From an uncultured virus (IMG/VR IMGVR_UViG_3300048926_000232) (taxonomy: Duplodnaviria > Heunggongvirae > Uroviricota > Caudoviricetes): a stretch of DNA of 64,000 nt. Below the pieces are notes generated by a model. It made no database searches and was not told the DNA's origin. It saw only the letters and a program-made list of their open reading frames with translations. Numbering within the stretch: the first letter of the stretch is position 1; each line of letters opens with the position of its first letter. The position numbers were made by a program, and so were the translations under genes. Shown here piece by piece: positions 26,177 to 36,580 of this stretch. The DNA is taken from IMG/VR virus record IMGVR_UViG_3300048926_000232. One strand, written 5' to 3'.

Positions 26177-28639
26177 ATGGCAAACAAGCTTTCAATCGAG
26201 GCAGAACTGAATGCCGATGGCGTCTCCAAAGGCATCGACGATATCGACAATCAGCTTCAAAGCCTCGAAAAGACGGCGGCCGACACCAGCGAAAAGGCGG
26301 CGGCGTCAACCGAGAAATGGACCAAGGCCCTAGACGATCTTGGCAAGGCCGCGCCGTCCGGGGAACTGGACAAGACGGCGCAAGCAACGGCCGCCGCCGG
26401 GAACGCCGCCGAGGGCGCGCAAGGCGCATTCGCCAAGCTCGGTTCGATGCTTTCCAATCTTGGTTCGACCGTGGGCGGCAAACTCAAGGCGGGGTTTTCC
26501 GGCCTTGCGGGTTCGCTCGGTTCGGTTGGCCGCATTGCCGGCGCCGCCTTCCGCCTTGCCTTCCTTGCCGGGATTTCGGTTGTAGCTATCGGCGCCGCCA
26601 TCGCATACGGGCTCTATAAGGCGCTTACCGGCATTTACGCGATTGCCGACGCGGCCGGCAAGGAATGGATGCGCCGTTTCACGGCCGCGTTCAGCGCCGG
26701 CATGAACTTGAACACGCTGAATCAAATCAAAGCGCAGTTCTCGAATGTGTTCGCCGACACAAAAGACCAAGAGGCTATGGCCCTCTCCATCGGCAAAGTC
26801 ATGGAGCAATTGCGGGCCGGCGGCAAAGAGGCGGACGTTTTAAAGGCGATCTTCAAGGGCCTTGGCGCGGACGTGAAACAGTTCGGCGCCGAAGGCGAGG
26901 GCTTTGCTGCGCAATTCGCAAAAATGATCCCGGTTCTGCAGCAAATGGACAAGCTGCAGCAATCAAAGGTTCTGGAAAAGATGTTTCCAGAGGCCACGAA
27001 AGAGCAGCTAGCCCAACTGATCCTGAACCTCGACAAAATGAAGGAGTCGGCCGAGAACGCGCAAAAAACCATGAGCGCAATTACGGTTGGCGCCGGCATC
27101 AACCAAGCCGAAAAGGCAATGGGGGACGCGGCGGCGAATTTCCGAGCCGGCTTGAATGAATTGCTAGCGGCCTTCAACGAGGTAACAGGCGCGGCCGATA
27201 TCTGGCGCAATTCCATGGCCCAAATCCCCAACATACTGAACATGGCCGCCATAGCCTTTCGCGGGTTGGCGGTCGGCATTCGCGCCTTGCCCGGAATCCT
27301 CAAGGAATTCGGCGCGGCAATCGGCGAAATCCCCGGCAAGTTGACGGCGTTGGCCGAGGCGTTCGCCAAGCTGGCAATTGATAAGCTCTCCCAACTTGGC
27401 AAAATCCTTATGGATATCGCCAACGCCTTCGCCGCGTTGGCGGCCATTGCGTGGGGCGGCATCACGGCCGGGATTAACGCAATCGGCGAGGCGTTTAACA
27501 ACGTGGTTCAATGGGCCAAGCCCGCGCTCGACGCCCTGCAATCCGTCATCGATCTGGCAAAGCAGGCCGCCAACCTTGCCGGAAGCGTGTTCGGCGGCGG
27601 CGGTTCTACAGGCGGCGGCGGCACCGGGGGCGGGGGCGGTTTCCGCATGGTTCCGGTCCAGCCGGAAAACTTCGGCCCGCAATTCCGCGCCGCGTTTGTG
27701 CCGCCCGTTGTCAACGGCCTAGTAGGGCCGCAAGCCCGCGCCGCCAATAACAACGAACCCAAGATCGGCGGTTACACCTCGGCGCAATGGGACACGCTTC
27801 TTCTGAACACAAAGGAATGGACCAAAGAGCAGAAGAAGGCGGCCGACGCGGCAACCAAGCTTGCCGCCGCCAGCAAGTCACAGGCCGACGCACTCACGGT
27901 CAACAACAGCGCCCTTGCGCAAATGCTGCAGACGTTGGGGATTTCCGAGGCCGATTTGCAAGAGTGGGTGAATTCCACCGCCCTTGCGAAGACGGCGACC
28001 GAGGAATGGGCCGACGCGCAATTGCGGCTCAAGGCGGCGCTTGAAGCCGGCATGATTACCCAAGCGCAATACGCGTCTTCGTTCGCCCGCCTCAAGGCCG
28101 AAATGGATACGGGGCCGATGCAGACGGCTATCAACGATCTGCAGTCGGGAATGGAGTCCTTCGGGGAAACTGCCGCGTCGTCGCTCGCCGACGCGATTGT
28201 GAACGGCGAAGACCTTGGCGAAGTTTTCAAGAACTTGGCGAAGCAACTCGCAAGCATGCTTTTGCAAACGCTACTGTTTAAGCCGCTCTTTGGCGCCCTT
28301 GGCTCGGTCTTTCCAGGCGTTAGCGGTTTTTCGGCCGTAGCCGGCGGCGGGGTTCCGGCCTACGCCGCCAATCCCAACCTTCGCGCGCTTTCCGCAAACC
28401 CTTATGCCGGGCTTTCGAACTTCGCCGGCCGTGCCGCCAATGACGCGGGCGGCGTGGGCGGCGGCCAAACCGTCACGCAATACAACAAGACAGACATCAA
28501 AGTAGACACCGGGACGGGGGAATCGAAGGTAACCGCCTCTCAAGGCGTGGCTTTTGCCCGACAGCTTGACGCCGCCGTTCAGCAAATCCTTGTTCGCGAA
28601 CAGCGCCCCGGCGGCACTCTTTACAGGAGGGCCGGCTAA
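26177..28639 (+). CDS. Tape measure protein
   Basis: 820 aa, Ala/Gly-rich helical; C-terminal REQRPGGTL as in lambda gpH-like proteins. Confidence 0.9.
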   Translation: MANKLSIEAELNADGVSKGIDDIDNQLQSLEKTAADTSEKAAASTEKWTKALDDLGKAAPSGELDKTAQATAAAGNAAEGAQGAFAKLGSMLSNLGSTVGGKLKAGFSGLAGSLGSVGRIAGAAFRLAFLAGISVVAIGAAIAYGLYKALTGIYAIADAAGKEWMRRFTAAFSAGMNLNTLNQIKAQFSNVFADTKDQEAMALSIGKVMEQLRAGGKEADVLKAIFKGLGADVKQFGAEGEGFAAQFAKMIPVLQQMDKLQQSKVLEKMFPEATKEQLAQLILNLDKMKESAENAQKTMSAITVGAGINQAEKAMGDAAANFRAGLNELLAAFNEVTGAADIWRNSMAQIPNILNMAAIAFRGLAVGIRALPGILKEFGAAIGEIPGKLTALAEAFAKLAIDKLSQLGKILMDIANAFAALAAIAWGGITAGINAIGEAFNNVVQWAKPALDALQSVIDLAKQAANLAGSVFGGGGSTGGGGTGGGGGFRMVPVQPENFGPQFRAAFVPPVVNGLVGPQARAANNNEPKIGGYTSAQWDTLLLNTKEWTKEQKKAADAATKLAAASKSQADALTVNNSALAQMLQTLGISEADLQEWVNSTALAKTATEEWADAQLRLKAALEAGMITQAQYASSFARLKAEMDTGPMQTAINDLQSGMESFGETAASSLADAIVNGEDLGEVFKNLAKQLASMLLQTLLFKPLFGALGSVFPGVSGFSAVAGGGVPAYAANPNLRALSANPYAGLSNFAGRAANDAGGVGGGQTVTQYNKTDIKVDTGTGESKVTASQGVAFARQLDAAVQQILVREQRPGGTLYRRAG

Positions 28640-29028
28640 TGTTCGACGGCTCGAATAAAGACTGGTGCCCGGCGCTGGACATGAGCCGGAAGAAGGAACG
28701 CCGGCTGAAAACCGCGCAATTCGGCGACGGCTACCAGCAGCGCGCGTTGGACGGCATCAACAATATCCAACGCAGTTGGGCCGTGGTCTACGATTACAAG
28801 CCGGCCGAAATCATCGACGCCATGGAGGAATATCTAGAGGGGACGCGCGGGCAGGCGTTCCCGTTCCAAGACCCTGCAGACGGCAAGATTTACACCGTCT
28901 TTTGCGACACGTGGGAGGTCCAATGGCAACGCATCACGTTCGGAACCTCGGGCGTTAGGAGCAATCTGAACGGCACGCTTTCCGCCGAGTTTCAACAGGC
29001 CTACGGCCTCACGGCGGCGGGGTTGTAG
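28639..29028 (+). CDS. Distal tail protein (lambda gpM-like)
   Basis: AQFGDGYQQRALDGIN. Confidence 0.9.
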   Translation: MFDGSNKDWCPALDMSRKKERRLKTAQFGDGYQQRALDGINNIQRSWAVVYDYKPAEIIDAMEEYLEGTRGQAFPFQDPADGKIYTVFCDTWEVQWQRITFGTSGVRSNLNGTLSAEFQQAYGLTAAGL

Positions 29029-29031
29029 GCC

Positions 29032-29733
29032 ATGGGCGTTCGTATCGATAGCCAGCAACTCGGCGCGCTCGAAGTTATCGAATTGTTCGTTTTCGATGAC
29101 ACCGGCATAGGCGGGGCAAATGTAATCCGCTGGTCTTCGACCGCCGGCCTTGACGGCTTGAGCCCGATTGTCTGGCAGGGGCAAGAATATCAGCCTTACC
29201 CAATCGAAACCGAGGGGTTCGAACAACAGGGTTCCGGCAAGCTTCCCCGCCCAACGCTTCGCGTTTCCAATATCGGCGGCGAATTCGGTTCCTATCTGCG
29301 CAGCATGAAGGACGCGCTTGGCGCCAAGGTGACCCGCAAGCGCACGCTTGGCAAATACCTCGATGCGGTCAACTTTCCCGACGCCGGCAACCCCTATGCC
29401 GACCCGACCACCGCCTACCCGGACGAAATCTTTTTCATTGCCCGCAAGGCGCAAGAAAACTCGGCCATGGTGGAAATGGAACTGGCCGTGGCCTTCGACG
29501 TGAACAACGTTTTGTTGCCCCGGCGGCAGGTAATCGCCGGCACGTGTCAATGGCGGTATCGCAGCGCCGAATGCTCATACGCCGGCCCGCCCGTTCAGGA
29601 TATCAACGGCAACCCGACCAGCGACCCGGCCAAGGATCGTTGCCGGAAAAACCTTGCCGCCTGCCGCGCCCGGTTCGGAAACGGAATCCTCAAGTCTTCG
29701 ACTTTCCCCGGCTCGATGTTGAACCGGACATGA
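29032..29733 (+). CDS. Minor tail protein L
   Basis: IVWQGQEY.PYPI..GFE; PRPTL.VSN; CQWRYRSAECSY...C...C Fe-S cysteines. Confidence 0.93.
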   Translation: MGVRIDSQQLGALEVIELFVFDDTGIGGANVIRWSSTAGLDGLSPIVWQGQEYQPYPIETEGFEQQGSGKLPRPTLRVSNIGGEFGSYLRSMKDALGAKVTRKRTLGKYLDAVNFPDAGNPYADPTTAYPDEIFFIARKAQENSAMVEMELAVAFDVNNVLLPRRQVIAGTCQWRYRSAECSYAGPPVQDINGNPTSDPAKDRCRKNLAACRARFGNGILKSSTFPGSMLNRT

Positions 29734-29743
29734 GGGCGCGCAC

Positions 29744-30475
29744 ATGACATTCCAGCCGAACCCGTTGCAGATCGCCGCCGCCATGGTTCACGCAAGCCAG
29801 TGCGAACCGCTGGAAAGTTGCGGAGTGATTACCGAGGACGGCGCTTTTCACGCGCTCAAGAACACGGCGACGGAATTTGACACCTTCGTCATGGACATGG
29901 CCGGGTATCTGGCAATCAACAAGAAAAGCCGGGTTGTGGCTATCGTTCATAGCCATGTCTATCTGCCGCCGACGCCCTCGGCCGGCGATAAGGCCATGGT
30001 GGAGAAAACCGGCCTGCCGTGGCTCATCGTGTCATGGCCGCTTGGCACGTGGAAGGTTATCGAACCGTGCGGCTACCGGGCGCCGTTGATTGGCCGCGAA
30101 TGGGCTTGGGGTTCGCACGATTGTTTCGGCCTGATCCGTGACGGCCTGTTTGACGAAACCGGAATCCTGATACCCGACTTCCCCCGCGAGTGGATGTGGT
30201 GGAAAGCCGGCGAGGATTTGATAGGCCAGCGGTTTGAGTCCGCCGGCTTCGTGCGCATGGCGCCGGGCACGCCGCCCAACCATTGCGACGTTCTAGGCCT
30301 TCGCATTTCGTCAAAGGTGGTCAACCACCTCGGCCTTTTCCTGAAACCCGATGTGCTTTTGCACCAAATGCTAGGCCGGCTTTCGGTTCGCGACGTTTAC
30401 GGCGGCTTCCTGGCAGACGTGACGGAACTGCACCTGAGACACGAAAAGCTCATGGAGGCCGAACCGTGCAAATAG
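29744..30475 (+). CDS. Tail assembly protein K (JAB plus NlpC/P60)
   Basis: ESCG...IVHSH...PS..D; DCFGLIRD; NHLG...LLH. Confidence 0.93.
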   Translation: MTFQPNPLQIAAAMVHASQCEPLESCGVITEDGAFHALKNTATEFDTFVMDMAGYLAINKKSRVVAIVHSHVYLPPTPSAGDKAMVEKTGLPWLIVSWPLGTWKVIEPCGYRAPLIGREWAWGSHDCFGLIRDGLFDETGILIPDFPREWMWWKAGEDLIGQRFESAGFVRMAPGTPPNHCDVLGLRISSKVVNHLGLFLKPDVLLHQMLGRLSVRDVYGGFLADVTELHLRHEKLMEAEPCK

Positions 30476-31323
30476 GCCAGAAGCTTGTTGACGTTCATTT
30501 GCACGGCCCGCTTGGGGAACGGTTCGGCGAAAAGCACCGCTTCGCCGTCAACAATCCGGTAGAGGCCATTTCAGCGCTGGACGCCAATTACCCCGGCTTT
30601 GTCGCCGCGTTCAATGCGCACGGCCATTACTTCATTCACGCCGATGGCGACTGGCGCGACGGCGACGACGCCGCGTTTATGCCGGTATCCAAGGAACTGC
30701 ATTTCGTGCCGCGCATCGAGGGGCGGGCGTTCATGGGCGCCGCGTTGGTTGGCGCGCTCTTCCCGGCAATCGCCGGCACGGCTGCAGCAACCATTATTGG
30801 CGGCGTGCTTATGACCGGGTTGCTGCTCGGCATTTCGTTCTTGCTGACACCCAAGGCAAAGAAGCCGAAGGAAACCCCGAAAGACGAGAATTACGGATTT
30901 TCCGGGCCTGAGAACGTCACGACGCAAGGCGCCCCGGTTCCCCTGATTTACGGCCGCGTGCATGCCGGAAGCGTGGTTATTTCCGCCGGCCTGGAAATGG
31001 ACGTGGAATATACGACCGCGCTAGGCGGGCCGGGGCTTCGACTGGTTGACGCCGCGCGCCGGGTTTCCAGCGAAGACGCGCCGGCCGCCGGTTGGCCGCC
31101 GCTCATGCAAGGGCCTTACGGCCTGCAGCCGAAAGGTTGGGATTTCGCCGCCCGCCAATTGCTGGCCTCGCCACAAGAGGGGGTAAGGGAGGCGGTTATC
31201 TTCATTGCCCCGAACAATCCACCGGGCAAGGTTTACGCGTGGTCTGAAATATCCGGCTTCTATTCCTTCAATGCGGGTTTGACGCTTGAGGCCGAGGACT
31301 ACCAGCGGGAGGGCCGCCCGTGA
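30466..31323 (+). CDS. Tail assembly protein I with C-terminal extension
   Basis: GTG 30466; VHLHGPLGERFG...YGFSGPENVTTQGAPVPLIYG...GSVVISAG. Confidence 0.88.
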   Translation: MQIGQKLVDVHLHGPLGERFGEKHRFAVNNPVEAISALDANYPGFVAAFNAHGHYFIHADGDWRDGDDAAFMPVSKELHFVPRIEGRAFMGAALVGALFPAIAGTAAATIIGGVLMTGLLLGISFLLTPKAKKPKETPKDENYGFSGPENVTTQGAPVPLIYGRVHAGSVVISAGLEMDVEYTTALGGPGLRLVDAARRVSSEDAPAAGWPPLMQGPYGLQPKGWDFAARQLLASPQEGVREAVIFIAPNNPPGKVYAWSEISGFYSFNAGLTLEAEDYQREGRP

Positions 31324-34300
31324 ACGCGCCCTTTTATCCGTTCAACATTGCGGGGGCCGGCGGCGGCGGCAAGGGCGGCGGGGGCGGCGGCAGTGAGGCG
31401 GCGAACACGCTTAAGAGCCGGCAGACGGCAAAGGTTGTTGACCTGCTTTCCGAAGGCCCCATTCGCGGAGTCGTGGGCGGCCTGAGAGGAATCTATCTGA
31501 ACGGGGTAGCGCTGCAAAACCCCGATGGCTCGCTGAATTTCAACAATACCCTTGTCCAATTCGTCAACGGCTATCCCGACCAGCCGATTATGCGCGGGTT
31601 CGAATCCCAACAGGCCGAAACCGCCGTCAATCAGCAAATCATTCGCAGCGTTCCGCTCGTCCGCTCCATATTCAACACGGATACCGACCGCGCCCGCGTC
31701 ACGGTTTCGGTTCCCTCGCTGCAGAACGCCGACAAGAAAGGCAACATAAGCGGCACGTCCGTTTCGTTCAGGATCGAGGTGCAGAACAACGGCGGCGGTT
31801 ATCGTTGGTATGGCGATTTTACGATTTCCGGGAAAACGTCTTCGAAATATCAGCGCGCCATTGCGTTCCTTCTGCCGGCGCCGGGGCCGTGGGATATCCG
31901 GCTTACCCGCCTCACGCCCGACAGCGATTCAACCACGCTGCAAAACGACCTCTATTGGGATTCCTACACGGCCCTGATTGATGACCGCATCAATTACACG
32001 CTTTCGGCATGCGTTGGCCTGATTATCGACTCCCAACAGTTTTCCAGCGTTCCGAAGAGAACCTATCTCACGGACGGAATTCTTTGCGCCATCCCGTCGA
32101 ACTACAATCCCGACGCCGCCACTTATTCCGGGGTTTGGGACGGCACTTTCAAAACCGATTGGACGGACAACCCGGCGTGGATTTTGTACGACCTGATTGT
32201 CAAAGGCCGCTATGGGATCGGCGATTACGTCAAGGCCAATCAGGTAGACAAATGGGCGCTTTATAAAATCGCCCAATGGTGCGACGGCCGAGTCGATAAC
32301 GGCCGGCGCGGGCTTGAGCGGCGGTTTACTTGCAATGTCCAGATTACCGAGCAGGCGCAAGCGTTCGACCTTTTGAACGAGATTGCCAATGTCTTCCGGG
32401 GCTTCATTTACTGGAATGGCGGCCAGCTTGTCGGCGTGGCGGATATGCCATCGGACCCGGTTCAATCGTTCTCAAACGCCAACGTCATCAACGGCAATTT
32501 CACCTATTCGGGAACCGACATTCGCGCCCGCCATACCATGGCGCAAGTGGGGTGGAACGACCCGGCGCAACTAGGCGCCAACCGCATCGCGGTTGTCGAG
32601 GATCAAGAAGCAATTTCGCGGTTCGGTATCCAGAAGGTTGACGTTCCCGCCATCGGTTGCACGCGGGAAAGCCAAGCGATCAGGACCGGCAATTGGCAGC
32701 TTTACACGGAGCAGCACGAGGGCGAGGTAAACAAGTTCAACACCGGCCTTGAGGGCGCATGGTCGCGGCCGGGCGAGATAATCCAGGTTTCCGACATTCT
32801 TGTTTCAGGCGAACGGCGCGGCGGCAGGGTAGGGGCCGGCAGCAACAAGAGCCGCGTCTATTTCGACGCCCCGCTAGAGACGCAACCCGACCCCGGAATC
32901 GAGCAGGTTTATCTAACCGCCGTGACGGGCGAAGGCGTCACGCAAACGAAACTGGTCGCCGGTTTCGGCACCACCTATGCAGACATGGCCGTTCCGTTCG
33001 ATAGCGATCCGGTCCCGGATACGGTTTGGATTATCAACGAGGCGAACCACATCGAGCCGACCTATTGGCGGGTTCTAGGCGCGGCCGAGAAAGACGAACA
33101 TCAATACGAAATCACGGCCACCCGGCACTACCCGCAAAAATGGGAGTGGGTGGAGCAAAACAAGGTTTTCAGCGACCAGAACGTAAGCGGGATTCAGATT
33201 GTCCCGGACGCGCCAACCGATTTGAAGGTTCTGGAATATCTCACGCTTGTTTCGCCGGTATCGGTTGGCACGCGCGGGACCATTTCTTGGGTTTCCCCGG
33301 CGCCGCGTTTCGTGGTGGCGTGGCGTGAGGAAAACGGCAACTGGAATATTCAGGCGACCAATCAGAAGGTTTTGGACGTTCCGCTTTCCGAGGGCGTCTA
33401 TGAATTTTCCGTCACGCCCTATTCAGTCATGGGTATTCCCGGCCCGGCGGCCACGGCAACGATTGAGATTTCCGGCCGGTTCATTCCGCCCTTGCCGCCG
33501 CTCAATTTCCGCACGAACAGCGCGGACGGCGTGGCGCTCTTCGAATGGACGCCATCAACGGAATTGGACGTTCGCATTGGCGGCCATTTCGAGCTTCGTC
33601 ATTCGGCCGCCGTGAGTAACGCCACATGGGTAGCGGCGCAAACAATCGTTCCGTCGATTCCCGGAAGCGCGTCAACGGTAGAAACCACTTACCGCACCGG
33701 CTCTTGGTTTCTGCGAACGTTCGATTCCACCGGCCAGCCCTCGGCCACGTGGGCGACGATTATCACAACCGACCCGGACGAACGCTACGCGATCTATGAA
33801 CGGATAGAGGAAGACCCGGATTGGCTCGGCACCCACTACAATACGGAAATTCTGCAGCCGCAAAACTGGCTGACAATCGGCGCGACGGGCGGCCTATGGG
33901 ATCAGCAAGACACACCTATGGATACTTGGCCGGAAGTTGGGAAATTGCCCGACCCCGAAGGCGGCGGCAGCACCGCCGGGACCGATGGTATCTATACATT
34001 CTTCAATCAGTTCGACGCGGGCGGCGTTTTCCCGATTCGTTTCTCCACGGACATTCTCGCCTTCGCCTATCAATACCCGAACAGCTTCATAGACGGCCGG
34101 CAGGATAACGCCGACGATTGGGCCGAATGGGATGACGTGGGCGATTCTATCGACGCGCAAGTCAACCTGCAGGTTCGAACCACGAACGACGATCCGAGCG
34201 ACCCGGACGCGGTTTGGGGGCCTTGGAACGATTTCGCAACGTCAACCTTGACGGCGCGCGGCTTTCAGTTCCGGGCTCTTCTCAAGGCCCAACCCGGCCA

Positions 34301-34571
34301 GAATATCGGCATCGAGAAGTTGGCCGTTATTGGCGATTTCCGGGAAAAGATCGATAGGGGCGACGACGTTGTTTACAGCGGCGCGCCGCTCGAAATCCCC
34401 TTCAATATCAAGTTCTACACCGTGCCCGCCGTGGTCATAACCGTTCAGGACGCCGACCCGGCCGACAAGACGAACATTACCGCGAAGAGCCGCGAGGCCT
34501 TCACAGTCCAAATCACCAACGCCGGGGCGCCCGTCAATCGGACGTTCGACTGGCACGCCATGGGGTACTGA
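31320..34571 (+). CDS. Tail tip/central fibre protein J
   Basis: GAGGGGKGGGG; DLLSEGPIRG; ISGKTSSKYQR; WTDNPAWILYD; DKWALYKIAQWCD; FN3-like region. Confidence 0.95.
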   Translation: MNAPFYPFNIAGAGGGGKGGGGGGSEAANTLKSRQTAKVVDLLSEGPIRGVVGGLRGIYLNGVALQNPDGSLNFNNTLVQFVNGYPDQPIMRGFESQQAETAVNQQIIRSVPLVRSIFNTDTDRARVTVSVPSLQNADKKGNISGTSVSFRIEVQNNGGGYRWYGDFTISGKTSSKYQRAIAFLLPAPGPWDIRLTRLTPDSDSTTLQNDLYWDSYTALIDDRINYTLSACVGLIIDSQQFSSVPKRTYLTDGILCAIPSNYNPDAATYSGVWDGTFKTDWTDNPAWILYDLIVKGRYGIGDYVKANQVDKWALYKIAQWCDGRVDNGRRGLERRFTCNVQITEQAQAFDLLNEIANVFRGFIYWNGGQLVGVADMPSDPVQSFSNANVINGNFTYSGTDIRARHTMAQVGWNDPAQLGANRIAVVEDQEAISRFGIQKVDVPAIGCTRESQAIRTGNWQLYTEQHEGEVNKFNTGLEGAWSRPGEIIQVSDILVSGERRGGRVGAGSNKSRVYFDAPLETQPDPGIEQVYLTAVTGEGVTQTKLVAGFGTTYADMAVPFDSDPVPDTVWIINEANHIEPTYWRVLGAAEKDEHQYEITATRHYPQKWEWVEQNKVFSDQNVSGIQIVPDAPTDLKVLEYLTLVSPVSVGTRGTISWVSPAPRFVVAWREENGNWNIQATNQKVLDVPLSEGVYEFSVTPYSVMGIPGPAATATIEISGRFIPPLPPLNFRTNSADGVALFEWTPSTELDVRIGGHFELRHSAAVSNATWVAAQTIVPSIPGSASTVETTYRTGSWFLRTFDSTGQPSATWATIITTDPDERYAIYERIEEDPDWLGTHYNTEILQPQNWLTIGATGGLWDQQDTPMDTWPEVGKLPDPEGGGSTAGTDGIYTFFNQFDAGGVFPIRFSTDILAFAYQYPNSFIDGRQDNADDWAEWDDVGDSIDAQVNLQVRTTNDDPSDPDAVWGPWNDFATSTLTARGFQFRALLKAQPGQNIGIEKLAVIGDFREKIDRGDDVVYSGAPLEIPFNIKFYTVPAVVITVQDADPADKTNITAKSREAFTVQITNAGAPVNRTFDWHAMGY

Positions 34572-34572
34572 C

Positions 34573-35577
34573 ATGGCGCAACACGATCAGGTGATAAACA
34601 ACAATTCCGGTACGACCGTTCTTGTCGATCTGAACGCCGCCTTTGCCGCGCTCTTCTCTTCGTCTTCCGGGCCAATAGAGCCCCGCGAAATGAGGGGCGG
34701 CCAACTATGGTTCGATACGGCCGAAGGCGTGTTGAACCTACGCAACGCATCCAATAGCGGCTGGAATCCCCTTGGGCTCGGTTTCAATGCGGACGAGATT
34801 TACACAAGGGCCGAGGCGGACGCGCGTTATGCGGCGCAAGGGAATGTTTATACGAAGGCCGTTTCCGACGCCCGGTTCATGCCGCTTAACAGCATTTACA
34901 CGAGGGCCGAGGTTGACGCCAAACTCGTGAACCCGTTCGTTGACGCCAATATCGGCACGGCGGCGGCGCCGACCAAAAAGCTGCATTTCGACTTTTCGCT
35001 TCTTCCGCCAGGCGTGAACCAAACCGTTCGCATTCCCAATATAGATACGGCGCTAGGCGGTTGGGAACTGATTACAGACGAAGAGATAGCCGCCCCGATC
35101 ACGATAAAGAATTACCTCGATCTCGGCGCGTTCCACGCCCTGCAGATTGAAATAGACCCGTCCTTCGTTTCGGGGGCGGGCGGCCTTGCAATGGCGTTCA
35201 GCAAAGACGGCGGCGCCACTTGGGTTCAGACCGGCTATTTTTATATCTGGATGTTCAATGCGTCCACGGCGCCTAGCTCCATGGGCGGCATCAATACCAA
35301 TCAGGTCAACATCCCGATAACCGGGAGCAGCGCGACGCCGGCCGGCCAAAACAATATCGGCACCGCCAGCAGCCTGACAATTCAGGGGTTCAACAAGCCG
35401 CGTTGGACCAAATGCACAAAGCATATGAATTACGCTTATTCCGCAACAGTTGCCGGGATCATTTCCGGCATCGCCGGGCTCAAGACGACAGACGCCTTGA
35501 ACGCCTTGACGATTTTTTCGACGGGCGCCGCCGCGACGTTCAACGGCCATATCACCATCCACGGTTTGAGGGGGTAG
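34573..35577 (+). CDS. Tail fibre/receptor-binding protein, paralogue 1
   Basis: MAQHDQ N-domain, three YTxAExDAR repeats, ends IHGLRG. Confidence 0.8.
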   Translation: MAQHDQVINNNSGTTVLVDLNAAFAALFSSSSGPIEPREMRGGQLWFDTAEGVLNLRNASNSGWNPLGLGFNADEIYTRAEADARYAAQGNVYTKAVSDARFMPLNSIYTRAEVDAKLVNPFVDANIGTAAAPTKKLHFDFSLLPPGVNQTVRIPNIDTALGGWELITDEEIAAPITIKNYLDLGAFHALQIEIDPSFVSGAGGLAMAFSKDGGATWVQTGYFYIWMFNASTAPSSMGGINTNQVNIPITGSSATPAGQNNIGTASSLTIQGFNKPRWTKCTKHMNYAYSATVAGIISGIAGLKTTDALNALTIFSTGAAATFNGHITIHGLRG

Positions 35578-35583
35578 AGGGCC

Positions 35584-36576
35584 ATGGCGCAACATGACCA
35601 AGTGATTGAGAACGGAAGCGGCGCCGTGGTTCGCGCCGATATCAATGCAGCCTTTGCCGCCGTGTTCTCTTCGTCCTCGGGCGCGGCGCCGCCAACGGTC
35701 ACCGTTCCCGGCCAACTATGGTTCGATACGGTTGCCGATACGCTGAACATGCGCAACGCCACGAATACCGCGTGGGAACCGTTTGTTGACGATTTCGACC
35801 CGGCCAATGCCTACACGAAACCCGCCGCCGACGCCCGGTTTGCACCTATCGGGACCGCCTATAGCAAGGCCGCATCGGAGGCCCGCTATGAGCCGAAATC
35901 AAAGGGCTATTCGAAGACGGAATTTGACGCGAAACTTAATCCGCTGATTGACCCGATCTTTGCGCCTTCGGCCGACCTGACCAAGAACCTGCATTTTGAT
36001 TACTCTTTGCTCGGCGTTGCGGATAGGGCCATCAGGGCGCCGAACGTCAACACTACGCTCGGCGGTTGGGAGCTTATCGAGAACCAGCAGGATTTTTCCG
36101 GCCTTACGTCGCGCCCCTATAGCGGGCTCGGCGCATTCCACGCGCTCGATATCATGTTGGAGGCAATCCCCAACAGTACCGCGCTAGCGCTCAATATGCA
36201 GTTCAGCGCCGATAACGCCGCGTCCTGGATTTCGTCCGCCTATTACGACACGTATATTTATTGCGGTAGCGCGAGCGGTACGGCCGGCGGGCAGCAACGC
36301 ACCGGCCTAACTTCGGTTCAATTGACCCACAGCAATGCCATAACCGGCGGAACCGGCGGCGGCATGATTTCCAACATCAAGCTTTGGAATTTCAACCGGG
36401 CGCGCTGGACACGCGGGCGGGCAATCACCTGCTACATGGTCAACGCAAATTACATTTATATCGAGACGAATTTCGGCCTACCGCAAGCCACCGCCCTAAA
36501 CGCCCTTAAATTCATGGCAAGCGACGGCTCCAGCCTCTTCAACGGCAATCTCGTCATTCACGGTTTGAGGGGGTAG
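35584..36576 (+). CDS. Tail fibre/receptor-binding protein, paralogue 2
   Basis: Same architecture as paralogue 1. Confidence 0.8.
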   Translation: MAQHDQVIENGSGAVVRADINAAFAAVFSSSSGAAPPTVTVPGQLWFDTVADTLNMRNATNTAWEPFVDDFDPANAYTKPAADARFAPIGTAYSKAASEARYEPKSKGYSKTEFDAKLNPLIDPIFAPSADLTKNLHFDYSLLGVADRAIRAPNVNTTLGGWELIENQQDFSGLTSRPYSGLGAFHALDIMLEAIPNSTALALNMQFSADNAASWISSAYYDTYIYCGSASGTAGGQQRTGLTSVQLTHSNAITGGTGGGMISNIKLWNFNRARWTRGRAITCYMVNANYIYIETNFGLPQATALNALKFMASDGSSLFNGNLVIHGLRG

Positions 36577-36580
36577 GGCC

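Noticed and set aside
26722..27501. 259-aa - strand ORF within the tape measure gene
   Set aside because: Antisense shadow typical of GC-rich, Ala-rich genes
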